Shown here: piece by piece, positions 30,925-39,383 of the stretch
Numbering within the stretch: position 1 is the first letter of the stretch
Layout of the letters: each line of letters opens with the position of its first letter
Source of the DNA: Aquificaceae bacterium
Lineage (GTDB): Bacteria; Aquificota; Aquificia; Aquificales; Aquificaceae
Length of the DNA stretch: 52,001 nt
NCBI GenBank assembly: GCA_039630345.1
Contig: JBCNVD010000030.1
Span: 1 to 52,001 of the forward strand
Direction of reading: 5' to 3'
Notes under the pieces: generated by a model
Seen by the model: only the letters and a program-made list of their open reading frames with translations
Databases searched by the model: none
What the model was told of the DNA's origin: nothing
Translations under genes and position numbers: made by a program

Positions 30925-31389
30925 ATGGAGCCAAGAGAGGTTTTATTCTACACAGATGTTTTTGCAGATAGATATCTGGTCCATATGTGCACTGTTAGAT
31001 TTGAGCTTTATGAGATTGAGTATGTAGAATTCTATAAAGGTTGGAACTTTCTAAGAGATGTTAGAGATATAGATAGACTCTTAAAAGAAGCAAAAAATGT
31101 CATGATTTACGAAATTAATAAGCCCAGAAGAAGAGCCCGCAATCTTGAAATAGCTCTCAAAACTGCCTACGAAAAGGTTTACGCTTTTGCAAGCGCCTGC
31201 TCTATAGGTGAGGTAATACCCGCAATAGGCGTTGGCTATCCACCTGTTGATCTAATAAGAAGGGTTTTTCCAGCGCCTTTTGAGTTTGAAGCTTTTCCAA
31301 AAGACCTTGATAAATACTTAAAAGATCTGGTTCGTAATTTCAAACAAGTACCCAAGGAGATACTGAATGCAGAATACTTTATCTTCTGA
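30925..31389 (+). CDS. Hypothetical protein (VxPxxxVGxPP motif)
   Basis: TATATT 7 nt upstream of ATG; overlaps the hslU start. Confidence 0.75.
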   Translation: MEPREVLFYTDVFADRYLVHMCTVRFELYEIEYVEFYKGWNFLRDVRDIDRLLKEAKNVMIYEINKPRRRARNLEIALKTAYEKVYAFASACSIGEVIPAIGVGYPPVDLIRRVFPAPFEFEAFPKDLDKYLKDLVRNFKQVPKEILNAEYFIF

Positions 31390-32710
31390 CATTCTGAGAC
31401 AGCTAACGCCAAAGCGTATAGTAGAGGAACTAAGTCAGTTTATAGTAGGTCAGGAGGCAGCAAAGAGAGCTGTTGCAATCGCTATAAGAAACCGCTACAG
31501 GAGACAACTCTTACCAAAAGAGATGCAAGAGGAGATAACACCAAAGAATCTACTGATGATTGGACCAACTGGCGTTGGCAAAACGGAGATTGCCAGAAGG
31601 GTCGCACAGCTCTTTAAAGCCCCTTTTGTGAAGGTTGAGGCAACCAGATACACAGAGATTGGATATGTCGGAAGGAACGTAGACTCTATGGTAAAAGAGC
31701 TCGTAGAGGTCTCTTTTCAGATGGTAAGGAGCGAAAGAATTAAAGCCATCAGCGAGCGCGTAAAAAAGAGTGCCGAGGACAGGGTTCTTGAATACTTGCT
31801 ACCTCAGCAATATTCTTTTGCTTCAAAAACAGAGACAGACCCATCAAGACGAGAATCTCTTCGCGAAAGACTCAGAAACGGCGAGTTTGACGAGAGGGTA
31901 ATAGAAATAGAAGTCAAAGAAAAATCCAGCCCAATACTGGGTATTGCAGGACCACCGGGACTTGAAGAGCTAGAAGAGCAAATCTCACAGCTTATGAGCG
32001 GGTTTTCTTTTGGCTCAAAAAAGCGCAAACTGAAGGTAAAAGAGGCCCTTGCAATCTTTCAGGAAGAAGAGGCGGATAAGTTAATTGACAGGGAAGAGCT
32101 TGCAAGAGAGGCAATACAGCGTGCGCAGGACTTTGGCATAATCTTCATAGACGAAATTGACAAAATAGCAATAAAAGGTCACGAAGGCTCTGTCTCTCGC
32201 GAGGGGGTTCAAAGAGACCTTTTGCCCATAGTTGAGGGTACTGTTGTTAAGACCAAATACGGCCAGATAAAAACAGACCACATCCTGTTTATAGCAGCAG
32301 GAGCTTTTAGCAACTCAAGTCCCTCTGACCTTATGCCAGAACTCCAAGGCAGGTTTCCAATAAGGGTCGAGCTCTCCCCACTCACCCGCGCTGACTTTGT
32401 GAGGATATTAAAAGAACCCAAAAACGCGCTTACGCGCCAGTATATAGAGCTATTAAAAACAGAAGGTCTTGAAATAGAATTTACAGACGATGCTATTGAA
32501 GAAATTGCAAGCATAGCCCAGCAGGTAAATGAAAGAGTCGAAAACATAGGCGCAAGAAGACTCCACACGATTATGGAAAAGCTCCTTGAGGACCTATCCT
32601 TTATGGCGGATGAGTTAAGCGGTCAAAGAATTATCATAAACTCCGCTTTTGTTAAGAGTAAACTTTCAAATCTGGTTATGGATGTAGACGCTTCAAGATA
32701 TATGCTTTAG
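31367..32710 (+). CDS. hslU: ATP-dependent protease ATPase subunit HslU
   Basis: GPTGVGKTE, GYVG pore loop, FIDEIDK, PELQGRFPIRVEL, GARRL. Confidence 0.97.
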   Translation: MQNTLSSDILRQLTPKRIVEELSQFIVGQEAAKRAVAIAIRNRYRRQLLPKEMQEEITPKNLLMIGPTGVGKTEIARRVAQLFKAPFVKVEATRYTEIGYVGRNVDSMVKELVEVSFQMVRSERIKAISERVKKSAEDRVLEYLLPQQYSFASKTETDPSRRESLRERLRNGEFDERVIEIEVKEKSSPILGIAGPPGLEELEEQISQLMSGFSFGSKKRKLKVKEALAIFQEEEADKLIDREELAREAIQRAQDFGIIFIDEIDKIAIKGHEGSVSREGVQRDLLPIVEGTVVKTKYGQIKTDHILFIAAGAFSNSSPSDLMPELQGRFPIRVELSPLTRADFVRILKEPKNALTRQYIELLKTEGLEIEFTDDAIEEIASIAQQVNERVENIGARRLHTIMEKLLEDLSFMADELSGQRIIINSAFVKSKLSNLVMDVDASRYML

Positions 32711-33564
32711 ATTTTTCCTCTGAAGGCAAAAAACAGCAAAGCGCCGGTTGAGATTAAAATCCCAAGTTCAATAAGCATAATTATGTAGCTTGCAACTTCT
32801 CCTCTTAGGTATAAAAACCCTTTGCCATACGGTGAGGTTAGTAAAAAAACCAAAGTAAAGACCGCCAGACCTATGATTCCTGCGGTTATACCTATTTTTT
32901 TAGGTTTTTTTTCAACCATAGACATCAAAATAAAAGCCCCTGCCAGCAAGACTCCACCCTGAAAAGCTCCTCCTACACTGCTAAAGCCAAGGTAAGTAAT
33001 GTAAAAACTAAAAAATACCGCAAATGGAGTAATTATGCTGGCAAGAGAGCGCTCGAATTGATTCTTTAACAGAATCTCTGGCTGTTTGTAGTTTAAATCA
33101 AGAACCCCTATGACCGCAATCGTGATTACCAAAACTTCCAAAAGTGTGTCGTAACCTCTGAAATTTAGCAATACCGCAGTTAATGGGCTTTCAACACCTG
33201 ATATTTTGAGGTTTTCAAAAACAAGTGGTTTTATCCGCTGTATTTGTGGCGCATCTAAGGTTGGAAAAATCATCCACAGCAAAAAAATCAGGCTAACAGA
33301 TGTTGCTTTGAGTATCCTGACAGTTTCAAAACTTTCTGAAAAGGCCCTTTTGATAGAGGATAGTCTCATCATAAGGGCACTTAAAACCCCTGCTCCCAGG
33401 AGAAGTTCAACGAGTGCTACATCAGGTGCAAGCAATCTGAGCCATATGATAGCAAGCACGCTTCCAAAGAGACCAAAAGCAATAACGCTTAGCTGGGGGT
33501 TTTTGACAAACAGACTGAGTAGAGCAAGGATAACTAAAAGCGCTGATAAAAAAACGTCCTGCAC
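32707..33564 (-). CDS. Mrp/Mnh antiporter subunit B-like protein (DUF4040 + MnhB domains)
   Basis: APDVALVE, NFRGYDTLLE, GGAFQGG. Confidence 0.85.
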   Translation of the reverse strand: MQDVFLSALLVILALLSLFVKNPQLSVIAFGLFGSVLAIIWLRLLAPDVALVELLLGAGVLSALMMRLSSIKRAFSESFETVRILKATSVSLIFLLWMIFPTLDAPQIQRIKPLVFENLKISGVESPLTAVLLNFRGYDTLLEVLVITIAVIGVLDLNYKQPEILLKNQFERSLASIITPFAVFFSFYITYLGFSSVGGAFQGGVLLAGAFILMSMVEKKPKKIGITAGIIGLAVFTLVFLLTSPYGKGFLYLRGEVASYIIMLIELGILISTGALLFFAFRGKI

Positions 33565-33601
33565 AGAAATCAGAATATCACAGCTTTTTCAGGGCTATGT
33601 T

Positions 33602-33631
33602 ATTGATATTAGATTTCAATCTGAGTATAAT
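33602..33631 (+). promoter_or_regulatory. sigma70 promoter overlapped by a Fur-box-like palindrome
   Basis: TTGATA-17-TATAAT; ATTGATATTAGATTTCAAT (7-1-7 inverted repeat) covers the -35; upstream of the DUF2325/TonB-receptor unit. Confidence 0.7.
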
Positions 33632-33654
33632 TTAGGAAGGCAGGAGGTAAAGAT

Positions 33655-33948
33655 ATGAAATGCGTCGTGCTTGGAGGACACGATAGGATGAAAAGCAGAG
33701 TCAAAGAGCTCTCTGAGCGCTATGGGATTGAGCTCAAATTTATCAATCAAGAAACCCAGCAAAACATCGATAGCGTGCTTGCCTGCGCGGACTTTGTGAT
33801 AGTTTTCACCTCGCTCGTTGGGCATAACATGGTAAAACTTGCCAAGAGCTATGCCAAAAATAGATGCATCTTTTGTCACTCCCATGGGGTCTGTGCCCTT
33901 GAGAGAGAGCTGAAGAAAATATCAAACTTGCGCGAAGCGCGCTTATAA
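33655..33948 (+). CDS. DUF2325 domain protein
   Basis: VVLGGH, ADFVIVFTSLVGHN; AGGAGG RBS. Confidence 0.85.
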   Translation: MKCVVLGGHDRMKSRVKELSERYGIELKFINQETQQNIDSVLACADFVIVFTSLVGHNMVKLAKSYAKNRCIFCHSHGVCALERELKKISNLREARL

Positions 33949-33983
33949 GATTGAGTTATATTTATATTCAAGAGGTTTAAAAA

Positions 33984-35969
33984 ATGAGAAGACTGACCTT
34001 GGCGCTTTTACTGGTGGGTATGGGGCTTGCTCAGGAGAGTGAGCTGGAAGAGGTGGTTATTTCCGCAACGCGTCAGGAGCTAAAGCTTAAACAGGTTCCC
34101 ACCCCCACGAGAGTGGTGGATAGGCAGGAGCTTGATAGCCTTGGGCGCTCGGGAGTTTTAAAAGACCTTACATTGCTGGATAGCTCAGTTTATGGCATAA
34201 GGTCCAGGAATAGAGAGAGAAACTTTTTAGGCATAAGAGGCTTTGATGCTGATAAGGTCTTGATTTTGATAGACGGAAGACGCGTCGCTTCCAGCACAGA
34301 TAGGGACTTTGAATTCGACAGGATATCTTTTGGAAATGTAGAGAGGGTCGAGATTCTTAAAGGTCCTGCAAGTGTTCTTTATGGTTCTGATGCAATAGGC
34401 GGAGTGGTAAACATAATAACAGCTGAGCCAAAAGACCCGCAATTTAGACTCAGATTCAAAGCTGGTAAATATACATCCTCAAACAAACCTGAGCTTAAGG
34501 AAGTCAGCTTAAGCGCCTATACAGGCAGGCAGGGGAGGTTCAACATAGGGGTCTTTGCGAGGTATTTTGACCAGGAGGCTTATAAAAACAAGCTTACGCA
34601 AACCAGTATTGAGCTCTCCCAGAGGATAGCCGAAGCCGGGGTAAGTGCTTTTTTATACCTTGATGAAAAGGGTCAAAACAAGCTTCGCTTTGATGCGGAG
34701 TTTTTGGAAACCAAACCAACGCAGACTTTTGTTTCAACTATTCCACGCACTACAACTTCTGTCCTGACAGACAATAAAAACGAAGATAAAAGAACCAATC
34801 TTTCACTCTCTTTTAATTACTCCGGTCAAAACTGGAGACTCTTTTTAAGAGGTTATACCTCGGAGTTGGAGACTGATTTAAAACAATTTCAGACATCATC
34901 AGGTAGGCTTTTGCGCTTTGATGACCAGAAGTTTTATTTAAGAGTTTTGGAGGGTAATGTCAGTTTTGATGTTTTTGATGTTCATAGAATAACCTTTGGT
35001 GCAGAATACAGAAGAGAGGGCGTTGATACTACAAGAATAGCAAGAGGAAAACTAGTCTCTACACTGGATAGAGGTGCCGTGGAAGGTCCCAAAAGACTCT
35101 TTAGAGTAGATGGAGATTTTTACGGGGTTTATTTGCAGGATGAGTGGTTTGTCTCGGATAAGATTTTTCTGGTTTTGGGAGTAAGATACGATGACAGCAC
35201 CGAAGGAGAGGCAGATATAAGCCCAAGAGCCGGTATAACTTACAATATTTCGGATAATTTAAGACTTAAGGCAAACTACTCTCAGGGCTTTAGGAATGCC
35301 CCTTTTCGTGATAGATTCATATTTTTCAGGTTTTCAAACTATTTTGTGAATGGTAATCAAAATCTAAAGAGTGAAAAGACTCAGGGAGTTGACATTGCAC
35401 TGGAGAAGGAATTTGCCAAAGCTATTTTTAGAGCTGGAGCTTTTTATTCAAAGGCGACTGATTTAATAGAGCTGACAATAGTTTGCGACAACACCCGCGG
35501 GCGCGCTCCCATAGCCTGTTTTATATTAGACACCCCTCTACCACCGGGGTTTTTTGCAGCCACTTACAGAAATATCGGCAAAGCAACAATATCAGGTGCT
35601 GAGTTTTCTGCTCTTTCTAATATTTCTAAAAACCTGACTCTTAGATTGTCCTATACTTTTCTAGAGGCTTATGATGATGTTAACAATCAAAGACTTACCC
35701 AGCGCCCAAGGCACAAACTCGTTACCCAGCTAAACTGGAAACCATTTGCCAAAACGGGGGTTTCACTATCTTCTGAGCACGCTTCTGATTTGCTCGTAGC
35801 TCCAGAACTTCCTAAAAAGAGCTATACATTATTGAATCTCAACGCTTCTCAGAAAATTGGCAAAAACTTCGAGCTATTTTCCGGCATTGAAAACCTCACC
35901 AACCAGAGAGACGTTGACCTTGGTCTTACCGGGAGCTTTTTCTTCGTTGGGTTAAAGGCAAGTTTTTAA
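33984..35969 (+). CDS. TonB-dependent outer-membrane receptor
   Basis: EEVVISATR TonB box, IRG, ERVEILKGPASVLYGSDAIGGVVNIIT plug, C-terminal Phe. Confidence 0.95.
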   Translation: MRRLTLALLLVGMGLAQESELEEVVISATRQELKLKQVPTPTRVVDRQELDSLGRSGVLKDLTLLDSSVYGIRSRNRERNFLGIRGFDADKVLILIDGRRVASSTDRDFEFDRISFGNVERVEILKGPASVLYGSDAIGGVVNIITAEPKDPQFRLRFKAGKYTSSNKPELKEVSLSAYTGRQGRFNIGVFARYFDQEAYKNKLTQTSIELSQRIAEAGVSAFLYLDEKGQNKLRFDAEFLETKPTQTFVSTIPRTTTSVLTDNKNEDKRTNLSLSFNYSGQNWRLFLRGYTSELETDLKQFQTSSGRLLRFDDQKFYLRVLEGNVSFDVFDVHRITFGAEYRREGVDTTRIARGKLVSTLDRGAVEGPKRLFRVDGDFYGVYLQDEWFVSDKIFLVLGVRYDDSTEGEADISPRAGITYNISDNLRLKANYSQGFRNAPFRDRFIFFRFSNYFVNGNQNLKSEKTQGVDIALEKEFAKAIFRAGAFYSKATDLIELTIVCDNTRGRAPIACFILDTPLPPGFFAATYRNIGKATISGAEFSALSNISKNLTLRLSYTFLEAYDDVNNQRLTQRPRHKLVTQLNWKPFAKTGVSLSSEHASDLLVAPELPKKSYTLLNLNASQKIGKNFELFSGIENLTNQRDVDLGLTGSFFFVGLKASF

Positions 35970-35999
35970 GAGCTTATATTTTTAATTAGCGGGTTTTTT

Positions 36000-36758
36000 A
36001 TGAACGAGAATTTACTGGCGCTGTGGTTTGGTCTGATTATATCTATACCGGCAATATTTTCTTTAATTTACATAGGGGAGGTTCTAACAGCTAAGCAGCT
36101 ATTGATTATAGAACCGATAGAGATATACTTAATTCAGGAAACAAAACCCCCAGATTTACAAAGCTTTGTTGAACCAAAACCAGTAGCTATCAAAGAAACA
36201 GCTTTTAGGGAAAAGCCTCACAAAAAAAGCACCCATTTATCTCATAAGCCTTCCAGGGAGAGTCCAAGGCAGGAGAGTAAAACCCAGGAAGATACCCATT
36301 CTGGCAAAAGCCCTTCTCAGATATCAACTCAGGAAGATGCATCCTCTCAGCCTGTTAAATCGTCTGAAAGCGGAAAGGGCGAGGGCTTGCAAGAGGGCGC
36401 TCATAAATCTCACCTATCAGGTAAAGACTCAGAAGCTAAATCAGATAGCGCACAGAGCGATAGCTATGTCGCAGAGTTTAGAAGGCAAAATTATTCAATA
36501 ATCAGAGAATTAATAATGAGAAGGCTTGAATATCCGCTTATTGCAAGAGCTAAAGGATGGGAAGGAAGGGTAGTGGTGGTTCTGTGTTTAAGCCCTGAGT
36601 CCTTTTGCGGTCTTGAAATGCGTCAGAGCTCTGGTCACAGGGTGCTGGATGATGCTGTTGTAAGAGCGGTTTATGCCTCAAGCAAAGAGTTTCCTCTTCC
36701 AGAAAGGCGCCTTCACATAACTTTGCCGATAACTTTTAGACTAACCCAGCAAGATTGA
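36000..36758 (+). CDS. tonB: Energy transducer TonB
   Basis: N-terminal TM, low-complexity linker, YPLIARAKGWEG and SSGHRVLD C-terminal domain. Confidence 0.85.
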   Translation: MNENLLALWFGLIISIPAIFSLIYIGEVLTAKQLLIIEPIEIYLIQETKPPDLQSFVEPKPVAIKETAFREKPHKKSTHLSHKPSRESPRQESKTQEDTHSGKSPSQISTQEDASSQPVKSSESGKGEGLQEGAHKSHLSGKDSEAKSDSAQSDSYVAEFRRQNYSIIRELIMRRLEYPLIARAKGWEGRVVVVLCLSPESFCGLEMRQSSGHRVLDDAVVRAVYASSKEFPLPERRLHITLPITFRLTQQD

Positions 36759-36771
36759 AGGGGGTTTAGTC

Positions 36772-37608
36772 TTGCAAAGTATGACAGGTTTTGGCTTTGC
36801 CAAAGGAGAGGTAATAGACTATGAGGTGGAGGTCTCTATAAAGGGTTTAAATAGCAAAAATCTTGATATAAATGTGCGTCTGAATGTGCCTGATGTCTCT
36901 TTTGAATTTTCCATAAGAGAGCTCATAAGAGGATATGTAAAGAGGGGCCAAATTTTTGTTAATGTCAGTTTATTTAAAAAAGAGCCCATTCCTGAGCTTG
37001 AATTGATTTTAAAAAATGTCAACGCAGTTAAAAAGCTATTGCAGTCTCTTGATTTAAACCCAAGCGACGATGCGATAATTGAATTAGCCTTTAGATTTTA
37101 TGTGCCGAGAGAGCAGCTCGCTCTCAAGGATTTAGCAGAGCCAATAAAAGAGATAGTGAAAAAAGCACTTGAGGATTTTATAAATAGCAGGCAGCAAGAG
37201 GGCAAGGTCCTTACGAAAGACATCACCCAAAGACTTTTTGCAATAAAGGATATTTTAAATACCATAAATATTCTCAAAGATAGTCTTTATGAGCAAAATA
37301 GAGCAAAACTTTTAGAGAAAATAAAAGAGCTGGAGCTGGAAGATAGCCCTTTAAAAGCAGGAGAGCTCTTGCTTTTGATATCCAGAATGGACATAGAGGA
37401 GGAAATCACCCGGCTCTTTTCTCATCTTGAGCAGGCTTTTAATATGATAAATTCAGACGAAAGCGCAAGGAAGCTGGAGTTTTTAATTCAAGAGATGCAT
37501 CGCGAGGTAAACACAATGTCTACGAAGTTACCCGCTCTTTCCAGTCATGCGGTTGAAATCAAAACCCAACTTGAGAGAATAAGACAGCAGCTGGCAAATC
37601 TTGAGTAA
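36772..37608 (+). CDS. yicC: YicC/YloC family endoribonuclease
   Basis: SMTGFG, DIEEEITRL, KLEFLIQEMHREVNT, QLANLE. Confidence 0.93.
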   Translation: MQSMTGFGFAKGEVIDYEVEVSIKGLNSKNLDINVRLNVPDVSFEFSIRELIRGYVKRGQIFVNVSLFKKEPIPELELILKNVNAVKKLLQSLDLNPSDDAIIELAFRFYVPREQLALKDLAEPIKEIVKKALEDFINSRQQEGKVLTKDITQRLFAIKDILNTINILKDSLYEQNRAKLLEKIKELELEDSPLKAGELLLLISRMDIEEEITRLFSHLEQAFNMINSDESARKLEFLIQEMHREVNTMSTKLPALSSHAVEIKTQLERIRQQLANLE

Positions 37609-37641
37609 GATGCGCCGAAGGCGCGCTTTATAATCAAGCTA

Positions 37642-38754
37642 ATGGAAAGGCTTTTTACCCCGGGACCTGTAGAGATTCCCCCAGAGGTTTTAAGAGTTCT
37701 TGGTTCTCAGATTATCCATCATCGCACTGAGGAGTTTCGTGATGCCTTTATGAGAGTGAGAGCTCTTATAAAGAAGCTCCTAAGGGAAGACTCCGAGGAG
37801 TTTGTGTTGCTTACCGCTTCGGGAACAGGCGCTATGGAGGCTTCGATAGTGAGCTTTTTTAGACCCGGCGATAGAGTGCTTGTTATAAATGCGGGTAAGT
37901 TTGGTGAAAGATGGCTCGAGATTGCAAGGCATTATGGACTTGAGGTTATTGAGTATAGACTTGAGTGGGGCGAGAGCGCAAGCCCGGATGTGGTTTATGA
38001 GTATTTAAAAAGTGGCGTAAAGGGCATTTTATTTCAGATTTGTGAGACCTCTACCGGGGTTTACCACCCTGCACCCGAGATTGGGGGTCTTTGTAAAGAC
38101 AGTGATGTTTTGTGCGTTGCAGATGCAATAACTGCTCTTGGGGTTTATAACATAGTGCCATCGAGTTGGGGACTTGATGTAGTAATTGGAGGGTCTCAGA
38201 AAGCCCTGCTTTTGCCCCCCGGGCTTTCGCTTGTTTGGTTTTCTCAAAAAGCGCTAAGTCGGCTGCATAGCGGTGGGTATTACCTTGACATCAAAAGAGA
38301 GCTTAAAAAACAGGTCGAGGGTCAAACCGCCTGGACGCCTGCAATTAGTCTGGTTTTGGCTCTTGAAGAGTCTCTTAAGTTAATTTTAAAAAGCGGCATG
38401 GAATGGGTGGAAAGACGCCACAGAGCTATTGCAATGGGGACTTTGAGGGCTCTATCAAGCTATGGCTTTGAACCGCTTGCCAAAAGCCCTTCAATTTCGG
38501 TAAGTGCCTTTATGCACCCGCGCACGGAAGAGCTAAGAAAAGCCCTTTTAAAGCACTCTATCAGAATAGCAGGAGGTCAGGATAGACTAAAGGGGAAGAT
38601 AGTAAGAATTTCTCACATGGGCGTTGACCCAAAAGATGCGATGATGCTAATTTCTATGATTGGCGTTTGTCTTTTGCAAATGGGCCAGAGCGTTGATGTT
38701 GGTTTTGCAACAGAGACCTTTGTCAAAACCCTCAGAGAGGAGTCAGTTTGGTAA
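37642..38754 (+). CDS. Class V PLP aminotransferase (AGT/SGT-like; probable phosphoserine aminotransferase)
   Basis: LFTPGP, SGTGAME, ETSTG, GSQKAL (PLP Lys), RISHMG; overlaps pspA. Confidence 0.9.
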   Translation: MERLFTPGPVEIPPEVLRVLGSQIIHHRTEEFRDAFMRVRALIKKLLREDSEEFVLLTASGTGAMEASIVSFFRPGDRVLVINAGKFGERWLEIARHYGLEVIEYRLEWGESASPDVVYEYLKSGVKGILFQICETSTGVYHPAPEIGGLCKDSDVLCVADAITALGVYNIVPSSWGLDVVIGGSQKALLLPPGLSLVWFSQKALSRLHSGGYYLDIKRELKKQVEGQTAWTPAISLVLALEESLKLILKSGMEWVERRHRAIAMGTLRALSSYGFEPLAKSPSISVSAFMHPRTEELRKALLKHSIRIAGGQDRLKGKIVRISHMGVDPKDAMMLISMIGVCLLQMGQSVDVGFATETFVKTLREESVW

Positions 38755-39383
38755 GGCTTTTCATAGTAAGGCACGCTCAGAGCTCTTTTAATTTAGAAAA
38801 TAGATATCAGGGAAGATTAGACCCTGCTCTTACGGAGCTTGGTATCCTGCAGGCAAAGTCACTTGCAAAGCATTTAAAAAACTATCCCATAAGCGCAGTT
38901 TACACCTCTCCTCTTAAGAGGACTTATGATACCGCGCTTGAGATTTCAAAAGCGCTCGGACTTGAGCCTGTTGTGGACGATAGACTCATAGAGATAGACC
39001 ATGGTGTATGGTCCGGGATGTTGGTTGATGAGGTGCAATCTAAGTTTTCAGAGGATTTTAACCTCTGGCTAAATAGCCCACACGAGGTTTATTTTAAAGA
39101 GGGCGAGAGTTTAAAAGAGGTAGAGCAAAGAGTAGTTGATATTCTTAAGTATATAAGCTCAAATCACCAGGGGGAGAATGTAGCTATAGTTTCTCACTCG
39201 GTGCCTATGCGCGTCATTTACTGCAAGGTTCTTGATATAGGGCTTGAAAGATTCTGGTCCTTTGGTTGTGACAATGCGTGTTATTCTGTTATAGACTTTG
39301 GTATAGAGCGTAGTGTCATGGTTAGGCTAAATGTAACATGTCATCTGGGGGAGTTATATGTGGAGGCTCATAGGGCTATTTAG
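38748..39383 (+). CDS. pspA: Metal-independent phosphoserine phosphatase PspA
   Basis: RHAQS, EIDHGVWSG, FWSFGCDNA, TCHLGELYVEAHRAI; same length and C-terminus as Hydrogenobacter PspA. Confidence 0.9.
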   Translation: MVRLFIVRHAQSSFNLENRYQGRLDPALTELGILQAKSLAKHLKNYPISAVYTSPLKRTYDTALEISKALGLEPVVDDRLIEIDHGVWSGMLVDEVQSKFSEDFNLWLNSPHEVYFKEGESLKEVEQRVVDILKYISSNHQGENVAIVSHSVPMRVIYCKVLDIGLERFWSFGCDNACYSVIDFGIERSVMVRLNVTCHLGELYVEAHRAI

